A stretch of DNA of 64,000 nt from Phyllosticta citribraziliensis (Eukaryota), in NCBI RefSeq assembly GCF_038025025.1, contig NW_027117340.1, positions 1,984,001-2,048,000 on the forward strand, read 5' to 3'. The translations under genes were made by a program, and so were the position numbers. Of this stretch, positions 33,790 through 47,788 are shown piece after piece (the first letter of the stretch is position 1; each line of letters begins with the position of its first letter). The notes below the pieces were generated by a model. The model saw only the letters and a program-made list of their open reading frames with translations. It did not search any database and was not told where the DNA came from.

Positions 33790-34504
33790 GTATTATGCCA
33801 GGAAGCAAGCGTGGGCATTGACAGGAGGATTATCAGGGAGGATACTGCATATTTTGGGTGGTTTGAGGTCTGAAGGGTTCCTCGAAGTCCATCTAGAGGG
33901 GATTCGAGGTGATCAAAATTGGGATTTAGGGGTAAAAGCTCATTGAATTTTGGAAGTCTGGACTTTGGCTGGACAGGTAGTCATCATCAAGGTGGTATCA
34001 CAGGGGATAGTGGGAGAAAAAATCAATTCCTTGGTTGTGGTGATTGATGAAAGCTCCCGGAGTGCACCCAAGGCGATGGATGCTTACTCAAAGTACAGAA
34101 GTGGCAGTAAGTAATCGCTACTTCTGATAGCGGCGGTGAGTGACGGATCCTTCAGCTCTAACAACAGTACCGTACCTACGAGTTCTCCTTTCTGCAGACC
34201 ACGGCTGTGTCGTGTCGTGTCTCCCCCAGCGGGAATACGAAGCTATTGGTGACGATGTCATGGTGCGGCTGTGCGGTGAGGCGGTGCGGTGGTCGAGCCA
34301 CAAGCGGGTCCCGTCGATCAGCGGTGAGATCCAGGAACCGGACCTGAGCACTGCAGGTTGCGGGGCACCACCGCACGCCCATCTCATCTCGCTCCCGCAA
34401 CCTGACCACCGTCGACTTATCATCTTCCTCCGCCCTCTTGCATTCTCTTCGACATCATCCAGTTTGAATTCCATCTTGTACTTTAATATTCAACATCTCT
34501 CACC

Positions 34505-35485
34505 ATGTCTTTCCCGGGCACCCAAATCGGCCACAAGCGTTAGACCCTGTCCGGACCCTGAACCCCTGTCTCTAGCTACTGACCGTCTCTCCCAGCATTC
34601 TCCCACCACGGCCACGAAGGAGCTGGCGACGTTGAGGCAGAATACGACCGACTGCGCGATCTGGCTCGTCAGGAGCATGCCAAGCGAAAGGACTGCTTTG
34701 ACAGGGCCCACGAAGCCTACGAGTCTGGCGACGGGAAAGCCGCCCACGACCTCTCCGAGGCTGGCAAGCGACACGGCGCCAAGATGGAAGAGTACAACAA
34801 GCAGGCCTCGGAGTACATTTTCCGCGAGAACAACGCGCCGGAACGCGTCGATGGTGATACCATTGATCTTCACGGCCAGTTCGTCGAAGAGGCCGAAGAC
34901 ATTATCGAAGAGCGCATCCGGTACGCCCAGGGGCGAGGCCAGAACCACTTGCACGTCATTGTGGGCAAAGGAAACCATTCAACCGGCCATGTGCAGAAGA
35001 TCAAGCCTCGCGTCGAGAAGGTCTGCCAAGAGTTGGGCTTGCAATACCGCACTGAGGAGAATGCCGGAAGGATCTATGTTGACCTAACTGGTGGAGAGGC
35101 TCATCTGCCATCGCACTTGGGCGGTGGTGGCCAAATCCCGAGTCACCATATCCCGAACGGTCACCAAGGCCAGCAGCAGCATCACCAGCAGCAACAGCAC
35201 CACGAGCAGCAGCACCCGCAAAGCGTCAACTACGGCGCCCACCACGAGAAGCCGCAGGAATCGCACCACCACTCCTCGTACGCCGACGCAGCTGCAGGAC
35301 ACGACCAGCCGCAAGCCCTGCCCCAGAAGCAACACCACAACAAACCACAAGGTAACTACCAGCAAGGCGGTCACAACAACCAGCAACAACAAGGCCAAGG
35401 CCAGAACGATGAGATTGACGAGATTGTCAGGAAAGGGGTTCCGAAACTTGTTCGGGCTCTCAAAGGCTGTTGCGTGGTTATGTAA
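34505..35485 (+). CDS. DUF1771 + Smr domain protein with Q/H-rich region and CaaX tail, 2 exons
   Basis: EAEYDRLRDLA, AHEAYESGDGKAAHDLS, IDLHGQFVEEA, LHVIVGKGNHS, NAGRIYV; ends CCVVM-TAA. Confidence 0.9.
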
Positions 35486-36272
35486 GAAGACCAAGCTGCG
35501 GTCGTTGTCGTCCAAGTAGGACGCACACGCCGTTGTCTTGTCTTTCCCTGCCTTGCCTGCCCTGCGCGCGCCCCGCTCCCATCGTTTGCGTTCCGTCGTC
35601 TTCGTTTTCGCGCACACGCCTGTCCGTCCGTCATTCCGTCGTTTGCGTTGTTTCGTGCGTTCGTGCGTATCTCGTTCCGCGTCGTCGTTGTCGTTTTCGC
35701 GCTCCCCCGTTCGTCATTTTCGCCGTTTACGATTCGAGAGTACGCATTCTATTGAATGCCCCCCGCTGCGTTGCACGCTGCCCAACGTGGCTGTAGAGAT
35801 ACCCGCAATCATGGGAAGAAAAATACGAGGGTGGTAAGTTGTCTTTGGCTGCTCATATCTAATTTATACACGCACTCTGCGTAGCCATTTCGCTGAAGGA
35901 TGTTTGGAAAGCTACGCGGAGTAGATATTGGTGCGAAGTTGGCGTGCCTGTCGCGGAACCACACGGTTATTGGGCGGAGGGCGAGGACAGGATGGATCAA
36001 GAAGGTGCCGAGCCTACTGGCACAGTGATGTGTGTCTACAGACCTTTGTTGCGGCATCTACGGTGCGCTGCAGTTTGGTAGCGAGGACGCAATCTCACAA
36101 CCAACTTTCCAAGCACTTCTTGTACTTAATCCTGCCTATCGAAACCCTCATCTCAACACCACCAACGTCTAGCCAGTTCAGAACAGCACAATTCCAGCTT
36201 TCCACAAAAGTCCCCGGTCTAGAGACACATCTCGCCAACAACCACTTCAAACCCCCGTGACAGTTCTCAGAA

Positions 36273-37329
36273 ATGATGGAACCACAAACAACACCACGAC
36301 TCGAGCGCTTCGTCGACGACACAATCACGGCTCAACACATGGCCGACGCATCGCGCCTCTTCTCGCAACACTACGGCGTATGGGGGCCGCTCGCGACACG
36401 TCCGAATCCATCGGCTCGGCCGGGGAAGCGCGTGGAAATGTCGCCGTCAAAGCTACACAGAGAGTGCTGTGCGGATTTGGGGCAGAGGGAGACACAGGCG
36501 ACGGACGTGCATAATGAGTACGTCCGCGCCGTCGTCGTCGTTGCGGGCGAAGGAGAAGGAGAAGGAGAAGTAGAAGGAGAAGGAGAAGCAGGCGGTCAGA
36601 AGGAAGAAATCATCGGCCACGTTCTAGCGACGCGCTGGGTCGACACGACCATCGGGGCCAGCAGCGGCGGCCGGCGCGTGTGCTGGATCACACAGGTCGT
36701 CGTGCACACGGCGTGGCGCAAGAGGGGCGTTGCCACTGCTGTAAGCCAAACAAGTCCCTCCCTCCATTCTGACCATCACTCGACCGAATCCACCACTCAC
36801 CACGACGCAGCTGCTCCGCCTCGTCAACTCCTCCACCCCTCCAGCCGCCACACCCACCATCTACGCCGTCCTGACCTCGCACGCCGCGACCCTGCGCGCC
36901 TGCTGTCGCGCCTTCAAAGACAACGCGCCGCTGCACGAGGACGGCGCGCTCGACCTCGGCTTCATCGCCGCGCTGGCCCGGCCCGTCGTGCGCGGGGCCC
37001 CGGTCAAGTACGTCCGCGAGGCGGAGCTGCGGGGCAGGCTCTTTCGCCATCACGACGGGAAGGCGGTCAGGTCGATGGCTGTTGGCTGGATGCGGGGCAT
37101 GAGGGAAGAATTGAGACAGGGAGAGGTCAGAGAACGAGGAGGTGGGGGAGATGAGGGGATTGGAGGGGGCGCCGTCGCGAGCGCGTACACTGGATTCTAC
37201 GTTGATCACGGCGAGCCGGACGAGGCCGTGGCCGTTGCGAAGAGAGAGAGCGGCGGGGTGTGGAAGTTGGGCGAGCTGGGTGAGGGATGTGAGTATTTGG
37301 CGTTGATGGTAGGGTCTGAAAAGAGTTGA
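36273..37329 (+). CDS. GNAT-family N-acetyltransferase-like protein, 2 exons
   Basis: LFSQHYGVWG and VCWITQVVVHTAWRKRGVAT (acetyl-CoA motif A). Intron 36741-36810 joins in frame to APVKYVREAELRGRLF...TGFYVDHGEP. Confidence 0.8.
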
Positions 37330-38724
37330 GAGGTTGGTTGGCATGAGAGATATAGAGCATTGTCCAAAACAAGCAAAGCCGCACAGTGAATGACGAAAAA
37401 TATTGCTCTTCCGACAGTACGTATGCATCTAAGGAGCGTTCATTTGCTCCTACGCTTATGCTTGAGGAGCATTCATTCACTGCCACTACGCCTGCACTTA
37501 AGCAGCATTCGCGCCTTTTTCAGTTGCGCTTAGGGAGTAGTGGTTTACTGCCGCAGCCAGACTGAGGGAGTCGCATTTCTTTCGACACCCACTGTGGCCG
37601 GCTCGTTCAAGACACACGCCAGAGTCGTCATTACAGATTGACCGGAATCCAGTAGCCAACTAGACAATGTGATCATTTGTCTAGCGACCAGCCTGCTACT
37701 GAAAAGCAAAAGATCCTTACACCAAGTCCATCCTGAAGCAGTTGGTCAAGATCCACCACGAACAGTGCTGAGATAAATGCTGCACGTGCGGTGGTCCACT
37801 ACGTGACATGGCAGTACTCTGAGTGGACTCATGGAGTGGTGGTGAGTGACAATTCCCCAACAGCACCACTAGAGACGTGGCAAATGGCTGCTCCCTGGAC
37901 CTGACTGCTACCCAGCGCTCTGCATCCACGGCGATGATGCCTAAAAAGGGCGCCATCGATAGTCTTTGATTCCAAACAATTGACCATTCTTGGCAACCCC
38001 GGCACATCAAAGTCTGCGGTCAGCGACCAGACCCTGGAGACCATGACGTCGGCTGTGTGGTCGGAGGGCGGGTGGCTGATACCGCAACGGTCGCCAAGTC
38101 GACGACGTCTTAATTAACCGTATGGCGACTGACGCGGGTAGCGCGGCTGAGTACGAGGTTTAGTCGTACGACGAGCTTCATTTGGTTGAACTTGCAGGAG
38201 ATTTCGGCGACGCGGGGAGCTCTGTACTGTATTTGTGCCCAAGAAGGCTCCGTTAGCGACCTGTTGTCAAAAGCGTCAAGTGTCGTTGTCGAGTGCAACA
38301 GCAGAGGGAATTAATGACAAGGAGATGACTTGTGACGTGTCGCGACGTTATTCACCCGTGCCACCCAGGAGAACGAAACTCAGGAACGAGGCGGGCGGGA
38401 AGGTTTCTCGGGAGGGAATGGAGCGTTGTGAAGAAGGGTACTTGAACAGGGGGCCAAAACAAATAAATGACAGGATTCGGAGTGGCTATTCGCCGAATCA
38501 CGCAACCCTCGTCTCTACGCTCCCGTCTCCGATTGAATTAGTGGCAATCGGGTTAGGCAGAGAAGATTAAGTCGTTTTTGTTGACGGGAGCGGAGAAAGG
38601 GGGTCCCAGTTGAAAATCGTGCCATGTTGGCACGACACAGGGATGCTCCCCGAAAGAGGAATTGTTGCGACAGGGGCGGAGGCGGCATGGTGTTGATGTC
38701 TTTTTGAAGGTAGGAAAGATGGAC

Positions 38725-40759
38725 TTACGCTTGCGCCGTACTGAGGTAGAGATCTTCGGGTGGTGGAAGAGGCCGTCGCTCCACCAGTCTGGCCCATCTC
38801 CTTCTTCTCCAGAGCCCCTTTTTGCCAGTGCCAGTGCCTTCTTCCCAGCTTTTCTTCACTTCTTTCTTTGCCATCAAATTATTGATGTCGAGTGAATCAG
38901 TCGACTCGCCGGCTCCGTTGGCCATTGCCACACCTCCAGCCACAATAGCACGACTAATGGCCGGCGCGTCGTCTGCAATGGACTGCACAAAGTCTTCGTC
39001 GTAGTGGATGTCGGTGACCCAGCGCTCACCTTCAACTTCGACCTCAACACCAGTGATGCAGCGCTCCTCGACCCACTCTCTGCTGAACAAGTCAAGCCCC
39101 CACTTCTTGTCGGCCCACTGCCAGCCCTTGGGAGCCTCCACGTCCTCGAAGAATCGACTCCCACGTGGTCGGTCACCCGCCACACGGTCCTGGGAGAGTG
39201 GCGTGTAGGGCGATGTGCTAAAGACGAAATGCTCATAGATGGCATTGGGCGAATCTCCAATTCTTCGCTGTAGCTCAAAGATTTCGACTTCGCGGAGCTC
39301 CGGGGAACCTGGGGTGAGATCAATGTCACCGACGACAAATGTTTCAAAAATTGTCTTGGACAGCTCGCCCTGATGTTGGACGAATTCGTCCACGTGGGTG
39401 CTGGTCAGGAATGCTTGAGAGCTGGGATGGAGACTGCATATAGCAACCCAACCACCGACGAGAAGGACGAGTCGCCAGGGCAGCACCTGGGCAACAATAA
39501 AGAGAGCACAAGCCGAGATGAAAAGCACGAGGTAGACGGCCGAGGAGAGAGCTTCGTTGGAGAAGTTGGTGGGCGGAGCGAGGTAGGCAATGGCTGCGTC
39601 GTGCGCACGTGAAAAATCCTCCATGGCATTTTGGAGATCCCTCATGTTGCGCCAGAAATCCTTGCTCAGCTCGGGAGCAGGCTTGATGTTCTGGGGCGGG
39701 CGGATAGGTGGGCCGTAGAAATCATGGATATCTGTGGGTCCATTGGTCGGTGGAGGAGGGTGGCGCGCCAGGTAGGCGGGCACCATGACGAAAAAGAGGC
39801 ATACGGCTAGCGGAAGGACTGCAAGGAGATGAGGGTCCAAGACTGCAAAGGAATATACAGCCAAGAACGAAAGCGTATGTGTAGGGTCCTTCCAAGAAAA
39901 GAGGCGGATGAGGCGGTTCTCGAAGACGAACAAAATACCAACCCTGCCAGCGGGTCAGAGACGTCGGGGGCACAGTGGGTGTGGAAAGAAACGAGACTCC
40001 CTAGCTATAGATGCAGCAGTGAACGAATGCTCCCTAAGCGCGACTGCAGTAGCAGACGAAAGCTCGCTAGCTGTACTTGAGTTGCTAGAAGGTCTATCGC
40101 ATTTCTTTGGACACCCACTGTGGGGGTGATGTTAGCAGATCTTACCTAGAATTAAAACGTCTGAAGTTCGTTGCCATCACGGCTACATTGAAGCCTGGAC
40201 GATCGACATATTCCCTCGATCTCCTGTCTTTGGGCGAACCGGCCTTGTCGTCATCGCGATCATCGTCGGCGACGGGGCCTATCATTTGCTTGAGGAGGCT
40301 GTACATGGTCAGTTGGGGACAGAGTGAAAGGCGGGAGGTTCAAGAGTAAAGTAGGTGCACGTAGGTAGACTGAGACGGTCATGCTGCCTGTGCCGAAAAC
40401 AGCATGAGGCGGCAGCGGGGGAATGCGCGCTAAAGCAGACAGCGGACTTACGTCTCCATCACGCGGTCCTGCAGCTTGGAGGATGACTGAGACGACTGAG
40501 AAGACATGGACTCGCTCCTGGACCGCGAGTGCGAGTGCGAGTGCGAAGAGGGCGTCGAGGAGTTGCAGAAGGTTTCGATCTTTTCTTCGAGCTTGCCTTT
40601 AAGCTTGTCGGACGAGAGCGATTGGCGCAGGGCAGCTCGCTTGCTGCGGTGCTTGGGAGCATTCGGCTGAGGGTGCAGGTGGTTATCGTTGTTGTCGTTA
40701 TCGTTGGGCGGGGAGATGGAGACGACGGGGATGGGGTCGTCGCGGTTGGCAAAGTCCAT
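38725..40759 (-). CDS. Integral peroxisomal membrane peroxin, Pex24/28/29 family (dysferlin-like domain), at least 3 exons
   Basis: MDFANRDDPIPVV, RPGFNVAVMATNFRRFNSR, LFSWKDPTHTLSFL, ELSKDFWRNMRDLQN, EVEIFELQ, WRRRRW. The 3' end is uncertain because GTAAGT overlaps the stop. Confidence 0.88.
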
Positions 40760-41652
40760 GGCTGTATAGTGTAGGGTTGGATATGTAGGGTCAGGTGTGT
40801 GGGTGGTGATGTTGGCGGCGCATGGTAGGGCCGGGCCTGGCAGGATAGGCAGGCAGGCAGGGCAGCGCAGGGCAGGGCAGTCAGTAATATCCCGTCGGAC
40901 CTCAGCCAGCACACATGTGATTGCCGCAGCAGCAATGCCGGCGACTGGGCAGCAGCGGCCGACTCATGTGTGAGGTGTGCAGTTGTTGGACAACAACCAA
41001 CGACACCGACCGAAGACGTGTTTCTCCTCGCGACGGCGTCGAATTCGTCTTGTTTTCCATATTCCCGTAGCCGTGGCCGTTGTCGCCCTCGCTGCGCTAG
41101 AGCAGACGGACTGTTCCCTGCTTGGCGGCCGGGATGGCGATTCTGGCCCAAAACAGCCAAAGCCTGCCATGCCATTTGATGATACTGTCTTGCTTGCCGG
41201 ACGCCCTTTGTGCCTTTTGCAACCATCGACCTTTTACCGCCGTCATCCTCCACCTCCTCCTCCACCACCACCACCATCCACCCCCACACGCCGCCCTCGA
41301 ACCACCACTCGCAGTCCAAGTCTCCATCCCACGCGACCAGCCTCCTCTCCGCGCTCCACTCGCACCAATTCACCGACCCGCCCGTCGTCTTGTTTTGCCC
41401 CTTGCCCCTCCGCCCTCGCCGTCGCCTCTCCGCCGCCCACTGCCTGCATCCACTCCGCTCCCGCGTCGCCTGCGTCTGTTCCCGCCGCCCGCTTTAGGCA
41501 TGGAAGCACCCACGACGCCCTCTTAGACCGCTCCACCCTCTCGAGCTCGGACAAGTCCATCTCCAAGCCACGAGGTGCGCACACACGGCTGAAATTGGTC
41601 CAAAACACGACCTGCGAGGGGCCTCTGGGGATCCAATCTCCCCCCCTTAACA

Positions 41653-44600
41653 ATGGCCACGCGCAGGTCCGCTCAAGGACACCACCGAGACGCCTCGTTG
41701 CCCGTCGCCCTCTCCTCTGCTGCCGACGACTCTGCCAGCTCTGGAAGTAAGCCAACTCCTGCCCCGGGTACCTGCATATCCTCCGAGACCCTGCCACACC
41801 AAGCTAACGCTGCGACTGTCAACAGCAGATGCCTTCGTCCCCAGGCGCTTCCCCAATCGAGTCGCTACCGAGAATGATAGTCCCCAGCGCAAACCCACCC
41901 CCTCCTCCTCGGCCCAAAACCTCACCGCCGCCGCCTCCCAAAAGTCAAACTTTGCCGGCCGCCGCAGGTCTACAGTGAGGGAGCATAAGCCGCTCATGGG
42001 ACCTCGTGCCATGGACCAAGGCAGGAGGTACGAGCACACACGAAATGTCCGGCCTGTGCGCAATGGGGCTCTAGCTTACTGTCGAAGCAGGATCGTCAGT
42101 GGTTCCACCACCGCTTCCAACAACAATGCCTCCCGGCTGCCGACCTCTGCCAGCGAACCTCAGTCCTTGACTGCTCCCACCAACGGCTCCAACCCGCGCT
42201 TCAGCTTCGGGAAGCTGCCAAGCCGGGCGGAAAGCCACTCGTCCTCGTCCGACTTTTTGCCCTCGTTCAACTTTGACGACTTCCACGAGAGCATCGGCTC
42301 CGGCCCAAAACTCAGCGAATTCCCTGTTCCAGGAGGCGGCCGAAGGATGTTTGCCCTGGAAGAGAGCGACAACGATACCGTCAACAGCGTGGCGTCTTTT
42401 GCAGAAAGGAAAAGGGCCGGCAGCCGCGCCCCTAGCAGCTCGTCATTTGCTGGCAGGCCTGGGACGTCGCAGCGGAGGCAGACCGCGAGCCGAACAGATT
42501 CAGAAGCCGGCAGCATGGGACCGCCAGCCGCGCCAGCGTCCAACCGCGCACGTCGCCAAAGTCAGGGTTTGGGTCCAGCTCCCGTCACAGATTTTGCATC
42601 ATTCTCATCGGCAGAAACAACAGTTCGCGGTCCTCGAAAATCCATTGGTCCAGGCCTCACGCCCAATGCCAGCGATGTCCAGCCTCATTTTGGCCCCCGG
42701 CGAGAAATGTCCCACGGCAACTTTGGACGCGCATCGTCACCCAACAAACCGAACCGCAGGGGGACACTGGTTCCGAGTCGCAGCGCAACAGACGTGCCTC
42801 GCCTAGCCGCAACTCCACGGAGTAGCAAGGCCAAGAGTATGGTTACGCCCTCCACCCAGAGTTATTCATCGCTCATTTCGGAATTCGGCCGGACCACAGG
42901 CCCAACACGATCGCCATCCAAGTCAGGACAGAAAGCAGGGACTCCTTCAAACGCGAACAAGAGAGGATCTCTTCATCATGCTGGAGGCCTAGGCGCGCGC
43001 ACCATAAGCCCTACGGACGCACGCCGACTAAAGCGGCTTTCCATATCCCAGTGCACCCCGGCGATGCCCCGCGATCCTCCAACTCCTCAACCCGACATGC
43101 CACAGGAAAACTTGACAGCTCCCTTCAGTCAGACATTGGCCATCAGGAAGAGCGTTACCCCCTCGTCATCTGCTCGCAACACCCCAGACAACATCCCGAG
43201 ACCTGTTGGCGCTGGACCCTCGTTACCAAACAGCTCCAGCCTCAATTCTCTGCGCGGGAATGCTAATTTACCCTCTCGATCCAGCCAGCAGATCTTATCG
43301 ACGTCACGGCTACCAACCCCGAAACCCAGGAATGTGCATAGTTCGGCCGGCACCGAAACCGAGGACGTGCCCCCAGTCCCTGCGATACCAAAGGCTTTTG
43401 AATCTCCACAAACAGAGATTGACCAGCCAGTCTACCCGGAGCGCCAAGGTCCTGCTACTCCAGGTGCAGAGGGGAGCGGCAATGTAACATTGATCCAGAA
43501 TACCGAAAGTGACAGCAGCAATCTGTCCTCGATAGATCAACCCGCGGAAACCGCTCCAAAGGACGCCAGGAAGACCAGACCTCTGAATCAAAGGAGACGA
43601 GGTTTGACGGTGGGCGACTCCGAAGGTGACAAGACTTCTTCTTCGGCGTCTGGAACGACGGCCAAGAAGAATCTCCAACCACTGCGGTTGCCTCCTTTGA
43701 ACCTTCTCCCTCTGAGTACTCCGACGGCCAAGCGCATCGCTTCTTTCCAGCCTTTTGAAGGGGATGCCGCTGGGGACGCCTCCACCCCGCCGCCAAAAAG
43801 AAACTACACCAAGACCCCGAGTACTCCCCTGACTGCGTCGAAGGCGACTTTTGGATTTCGGGATGAAGGAGAGACGCCCATTGCCGCTGAAATGCGCAGC
43901 AGTACTTCTCATTACCATCTCAGGTCCACGGAGACCCCATCATTTCCCCCGCTCCCATCAAAACCGATCACGACCCCCAATGCACGCAACGCCACAACCA
44001 CACCATATGGAGCCAATTCACTGCCCAAACTGGGAGCGCAACTCGACCATTTGGTTCCAAAAGAGAGCGACGAGTTTGATTTTGGCAAAGCGGAGGCGGC
44101 GCAACAGACTCAGAGACAGAACCCTCCTCGTGCTCAGAATACTGAAAAGCCGCACAAGCTCGATACGTCATCGATAACTTCGACTGAACCAGAAACGCCC
44201 TCCTCGTCGTCATCCATCCGCCGAAAATTGAGCCTCAGCAACTGGAAACGGTCCTCGTCAAAGAGCTCGCATAGGGCCCAAGCGTCCCAAGGCCATATCC
44301 CTTACCAGGCTAGCAGCGACGCACCGCCCCAACCACCGAAACACAACGACATGCCCCCTCCGCGACTGCCGACATCTACCACATGGAGTGGCCCTGTCAG
44401 TGACACTGAAACCGTCGTAAAACCGCGCCCTTCCTACGAAGCCGCGACTCGCAGAAAACCGTCCAGCACCCTCTTCGCTAGCGACACCGAAGCTCAGAAA
44501 ACTCGCAACGGCGAGCGAAAAGCTTCCGCCGGAAAAAGCGCCACCAACCAGGCAAATGCGTACACCGGCCCGGTCACAAGGTCGTCTTCCAGCCAGCTCA

Positions 44601-46434
44601 TGCACAAGATGCTCGGTTCCAAAAACTCAATTTCGACTCTCAAGGCCCGTTCGCTGGACACGAATCTGGACCGCGAAGATTTGGCTGCGGATGAGGAAAT
44701 GAGGAGGCTTGCCACAAGACGAAAGGACTTCGAGCACGCCGCAAAGGAGGTTGACGAGTTGCGCAAGCGCGCCAAGCCTCAAGACCGGGTATCGCCCGCC
44801 ACCGCGATTCAAATGGTTCCGTTGAACATTTTCGAGCGAGGTGAAATCATCGACTACAAAGACATCTATTTCTGCGGCACAAAGCACGCCAAGAAGCACG
44901 TTGGCGACCTGCATGCTCAGACGGCAAATTTTGGTTACGACGACGACCGTGGAGACTACAACATCGTGCTAGGCGACCACTTGGCTTATCGGTACGAGGT
45001 CGTGGACGTGCTCGGCAAGGGCAGCTTCGGACAGGTTGTACGATGCATAGATCACAAGTCGGGCAAGTTGGTCGCTGTCAAGATTATCCGCAACAAGAAG
45101 AGATTCCATCAGCAGGCTTTAGTGGAGGTCAACATCTTGCAAAAGCTGCGCGAATGGGTAAGTTGGAGTATTTATTGAGCAAGGGCAGAGTCTAACTTGG
45201 CACAGGATCCCGACAACAAGCACAGCATGATCAACTTCACCCAGCACTTTTACTTCCGCGGTCACCTCTGCATATCTACCGAATTGCTCGGCATGAACCT
45301 CTACGAGTTCATCAAGGCTCATGACTTCAAGGGGTTTTCCCTCAAGCTGATTCGCCGCTTCGCCAGGCAGATTCTCAGCTCGTTGGTGCTGCTCAAGGGA
45401 AAACGCGTCATCCACTGCGACCTGAAACCCGAAAACATTTTGCTCGCCCACCCTCTGCATTCCGAGATCAAGGTGATAGATTTTGGCTCCAGCTGCTTCG
45501 AGCACGAAAAGGTGTATACGTACATCCAGTCCCGCTTCTACCGGTCTCCAGAAGTCATCTTGGGTATGAACTACGGCTTGCCCATTGACATGTGGAGTTT
45601 TGGTTGCATTCTGGCTGAACTGCTCACGGGATCTCCCATCTTTCCGGGTGAGAATGAGCAAGAGCAATTGGCTTGCATCATGGAAATTTTCGGGCCCCCT
45701 GAGAAGCACCTTATTGAGAAGAGCAGCCGCAAGAAACTGTTCTTCGACTCGCTGGGCAAGCCTCGCGTTACTGTGTCTTCGAAGGGTCGCCGAAGGCGCC
45801 CAAGCAGCAAGACGCTGGAGCAGTCGCTCAAGTGCAACGACGAAGCTTTCCTCGACTTCATCGCTCGCTGCCTTAGGTGGGATCCCGAGCGCCGTCTTAA
45901 GCCAGACGAGGCGATGCAGCACGAGTTCATCACGGGCATCAAGCGCCCCCGTGGAGGTCCTCGCTCGACAATCAACGGGGGCTCGGCTGCTTCGCACACA
46001 AATTCGCCCGTAAGACGCATGAACACGGTGGCGCAGACGCCGCAGCGAGGCAGGCCTCTGCCCGAACCGCCCGCTACGAGTTTCAAAAACGCACAAGGCG
46101 CAGCCAACGTTCAGGGCAGCACGGCATCGACTGGGTCTAGGAATGCTTCCGGCAACACGGGCTCACCAGCCAAGGTGCCAGGTCGTCGACATTCGACCGT
46201 GAGCAATTTGCATGGCAATCTCGGCATCCGACGCGCATCAAAGGAGCAGTCTGGCGGGTCTAGTAATACGGGCACGTCGTCCAACCAAAACAGTGGACTG
46301 CCTCGCGTGGCGCAGAGGAGCATCAGCGGCAAGCCTGATTTGGCGTCGGCGGCAGCAGTGGCGAGTCTGGTAAGTGATCAAAATCTGAGGTCTTCAAAGA
46401 CCGAATCACTGACTTGATGATAAGCGCACGCGAT
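41653..46434 (+). CDS. pom1: DYRK-family dual-specificity kinase, Pom1-like, with long S/T/P-rich N-terminus
   Basis: GYDDDRGDY (DH box), LGKGSFGQV, HCDLKPEN, IDFGSSC, YTYIQSRFYRSPEV. Introns at about 41768-41825, 42028-42090, 45158-45205 and 46370-46424; termini approximate. Confidence 0.9.
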
Positions 46435-47162
46435 GAGCAGCAACGCAGACGACGGCACGCGACCAGAAGAGGCCAGTCCGACCGAGTGAAGGACATGTTG
46501 TATGACGAAGACCTTTGTCTTTTGGGTCAGTCGAAGGCATATCGACGACCGATGTTTGAGTAGCAGCCGACCAGGGAGGAAAGACCAGAGAGCAGAAGCT
46601 AGCAAGCATCTCTGGGGATGACCAGTCTTTTTTCTTTTCCTTTTCCCCGTCTTGGGGCGCACACAACACACAGCTACTTCTCCACAGATTTTATGCACAT
46701 GCATGCATCAAGTGGCCAAAACATTATAGCCTTGGTTGGTTGCTTTGCCTAGCTGCGATGATGGCAGACTCTTTTCTCCCTTTTGTTTTATTCACCCCCT
46801 TTTTTTTCCCTCATGGACCGAACCACTCACCACCCAACTATACGTTGTTGTAATACCCGGCGTTAGTTCTTTCTTTCCCTATGACCTCTTCCCTCATGGT
46901 CCGCTTGCTTGCCTCATGTCGTTTTTCTTCTCTTCTTCTTCTCGGTGGTTTTTAGGATTGAATCAAGGATCGGTGGATGACTGTAGTGACGGGTCGAGGA
47001 AGCGAAGGCGTAGACGGACGGACCGAGACATTTTGGAAGAGAGGAGAAAAGGAAACGGGATGGAACAGGACAGGAAAAAGCAAAGGAACAGGGGAAGGGG
47101 TTCTTGACGTCTTCTATTCGTTTGTTGTGAAGCCAGTCAGACAGCGAGACAGTGAGAGACCG

Positions 47163-47164
<2 letters not shown>

Positions 47165-47220
<56 letters not shown>
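47165..47220. repeat. (GA)n microsatellite
   Basis: Nearly perfect AG dinucleotide run. Confidence 0.97.
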
Positions 47221-47743
47221 CATGAGGAGCATTCATTGATGGGCATCTCCAATGGCATGTACGCATGCATCATACATGTATTTTTTCTTCTGCAAGGGGA
47301 CCTCGTCTTCGTCGCCCAAAGCCGACCTGACCCCCCGACAAATCCTCATCTGCGTCAGTGAGGCTTGAAGCCCCGTGGCAGCAGCAGCATCAACAGCATT
47401 ATCAATCGGCATGCACAGCACCGTGTGGATTGCGGTCGGTCCGCGTCCGTGTCGAGCCCAACTCTCGCACTTGACATGACGCTTACAAATCAGTGGTGTG
47501 CTAACCCTCGACATCGTCTGCTTCCCTTTGTGGCAATGCTTCCTCTGCCTCCATTCTCGGTCGGCGGCGGCGGTTGTCTCGCTCGATTGGTCTTACCAAG
47601 AACCACGGCCCGTTGACAACTGGTAGGCAGTAGTAGTGAATAAGCAGACTAGCGTCATGGTGACGCTGCCGGCAGAACCACGCCGACCGGGCCGGAACTA
47701 GGGGACGGACTGAGATGGATCATTGCTGTCGTGATTGCCGTGG

Positions 47744-47744
<1 letters not shown>

Positions 47745-47785
<41 letters not shown>
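47745..47785. repeat. Poly(T) tract, about 41 nt
   Basis: Uninterrupted T homopolymer. Confidence 0.97.

Positions 47786-47788
<3 letters not shown>

Noticed and set aside
40118..40146. Branch point plus CAG only about 28 nt into peroxin intron 2 (possible nested intron)
   Set aside because: Too short to splice; the distal acceptor near 39945 restores the conserved frame.
45119..46107. Long antisense ORFs over the kinase (and similarly over IDO, the 54884 gene and COX24)
   Set aside because: Shadow ORFs expected from GC-rich codon bias on the opposite strand.
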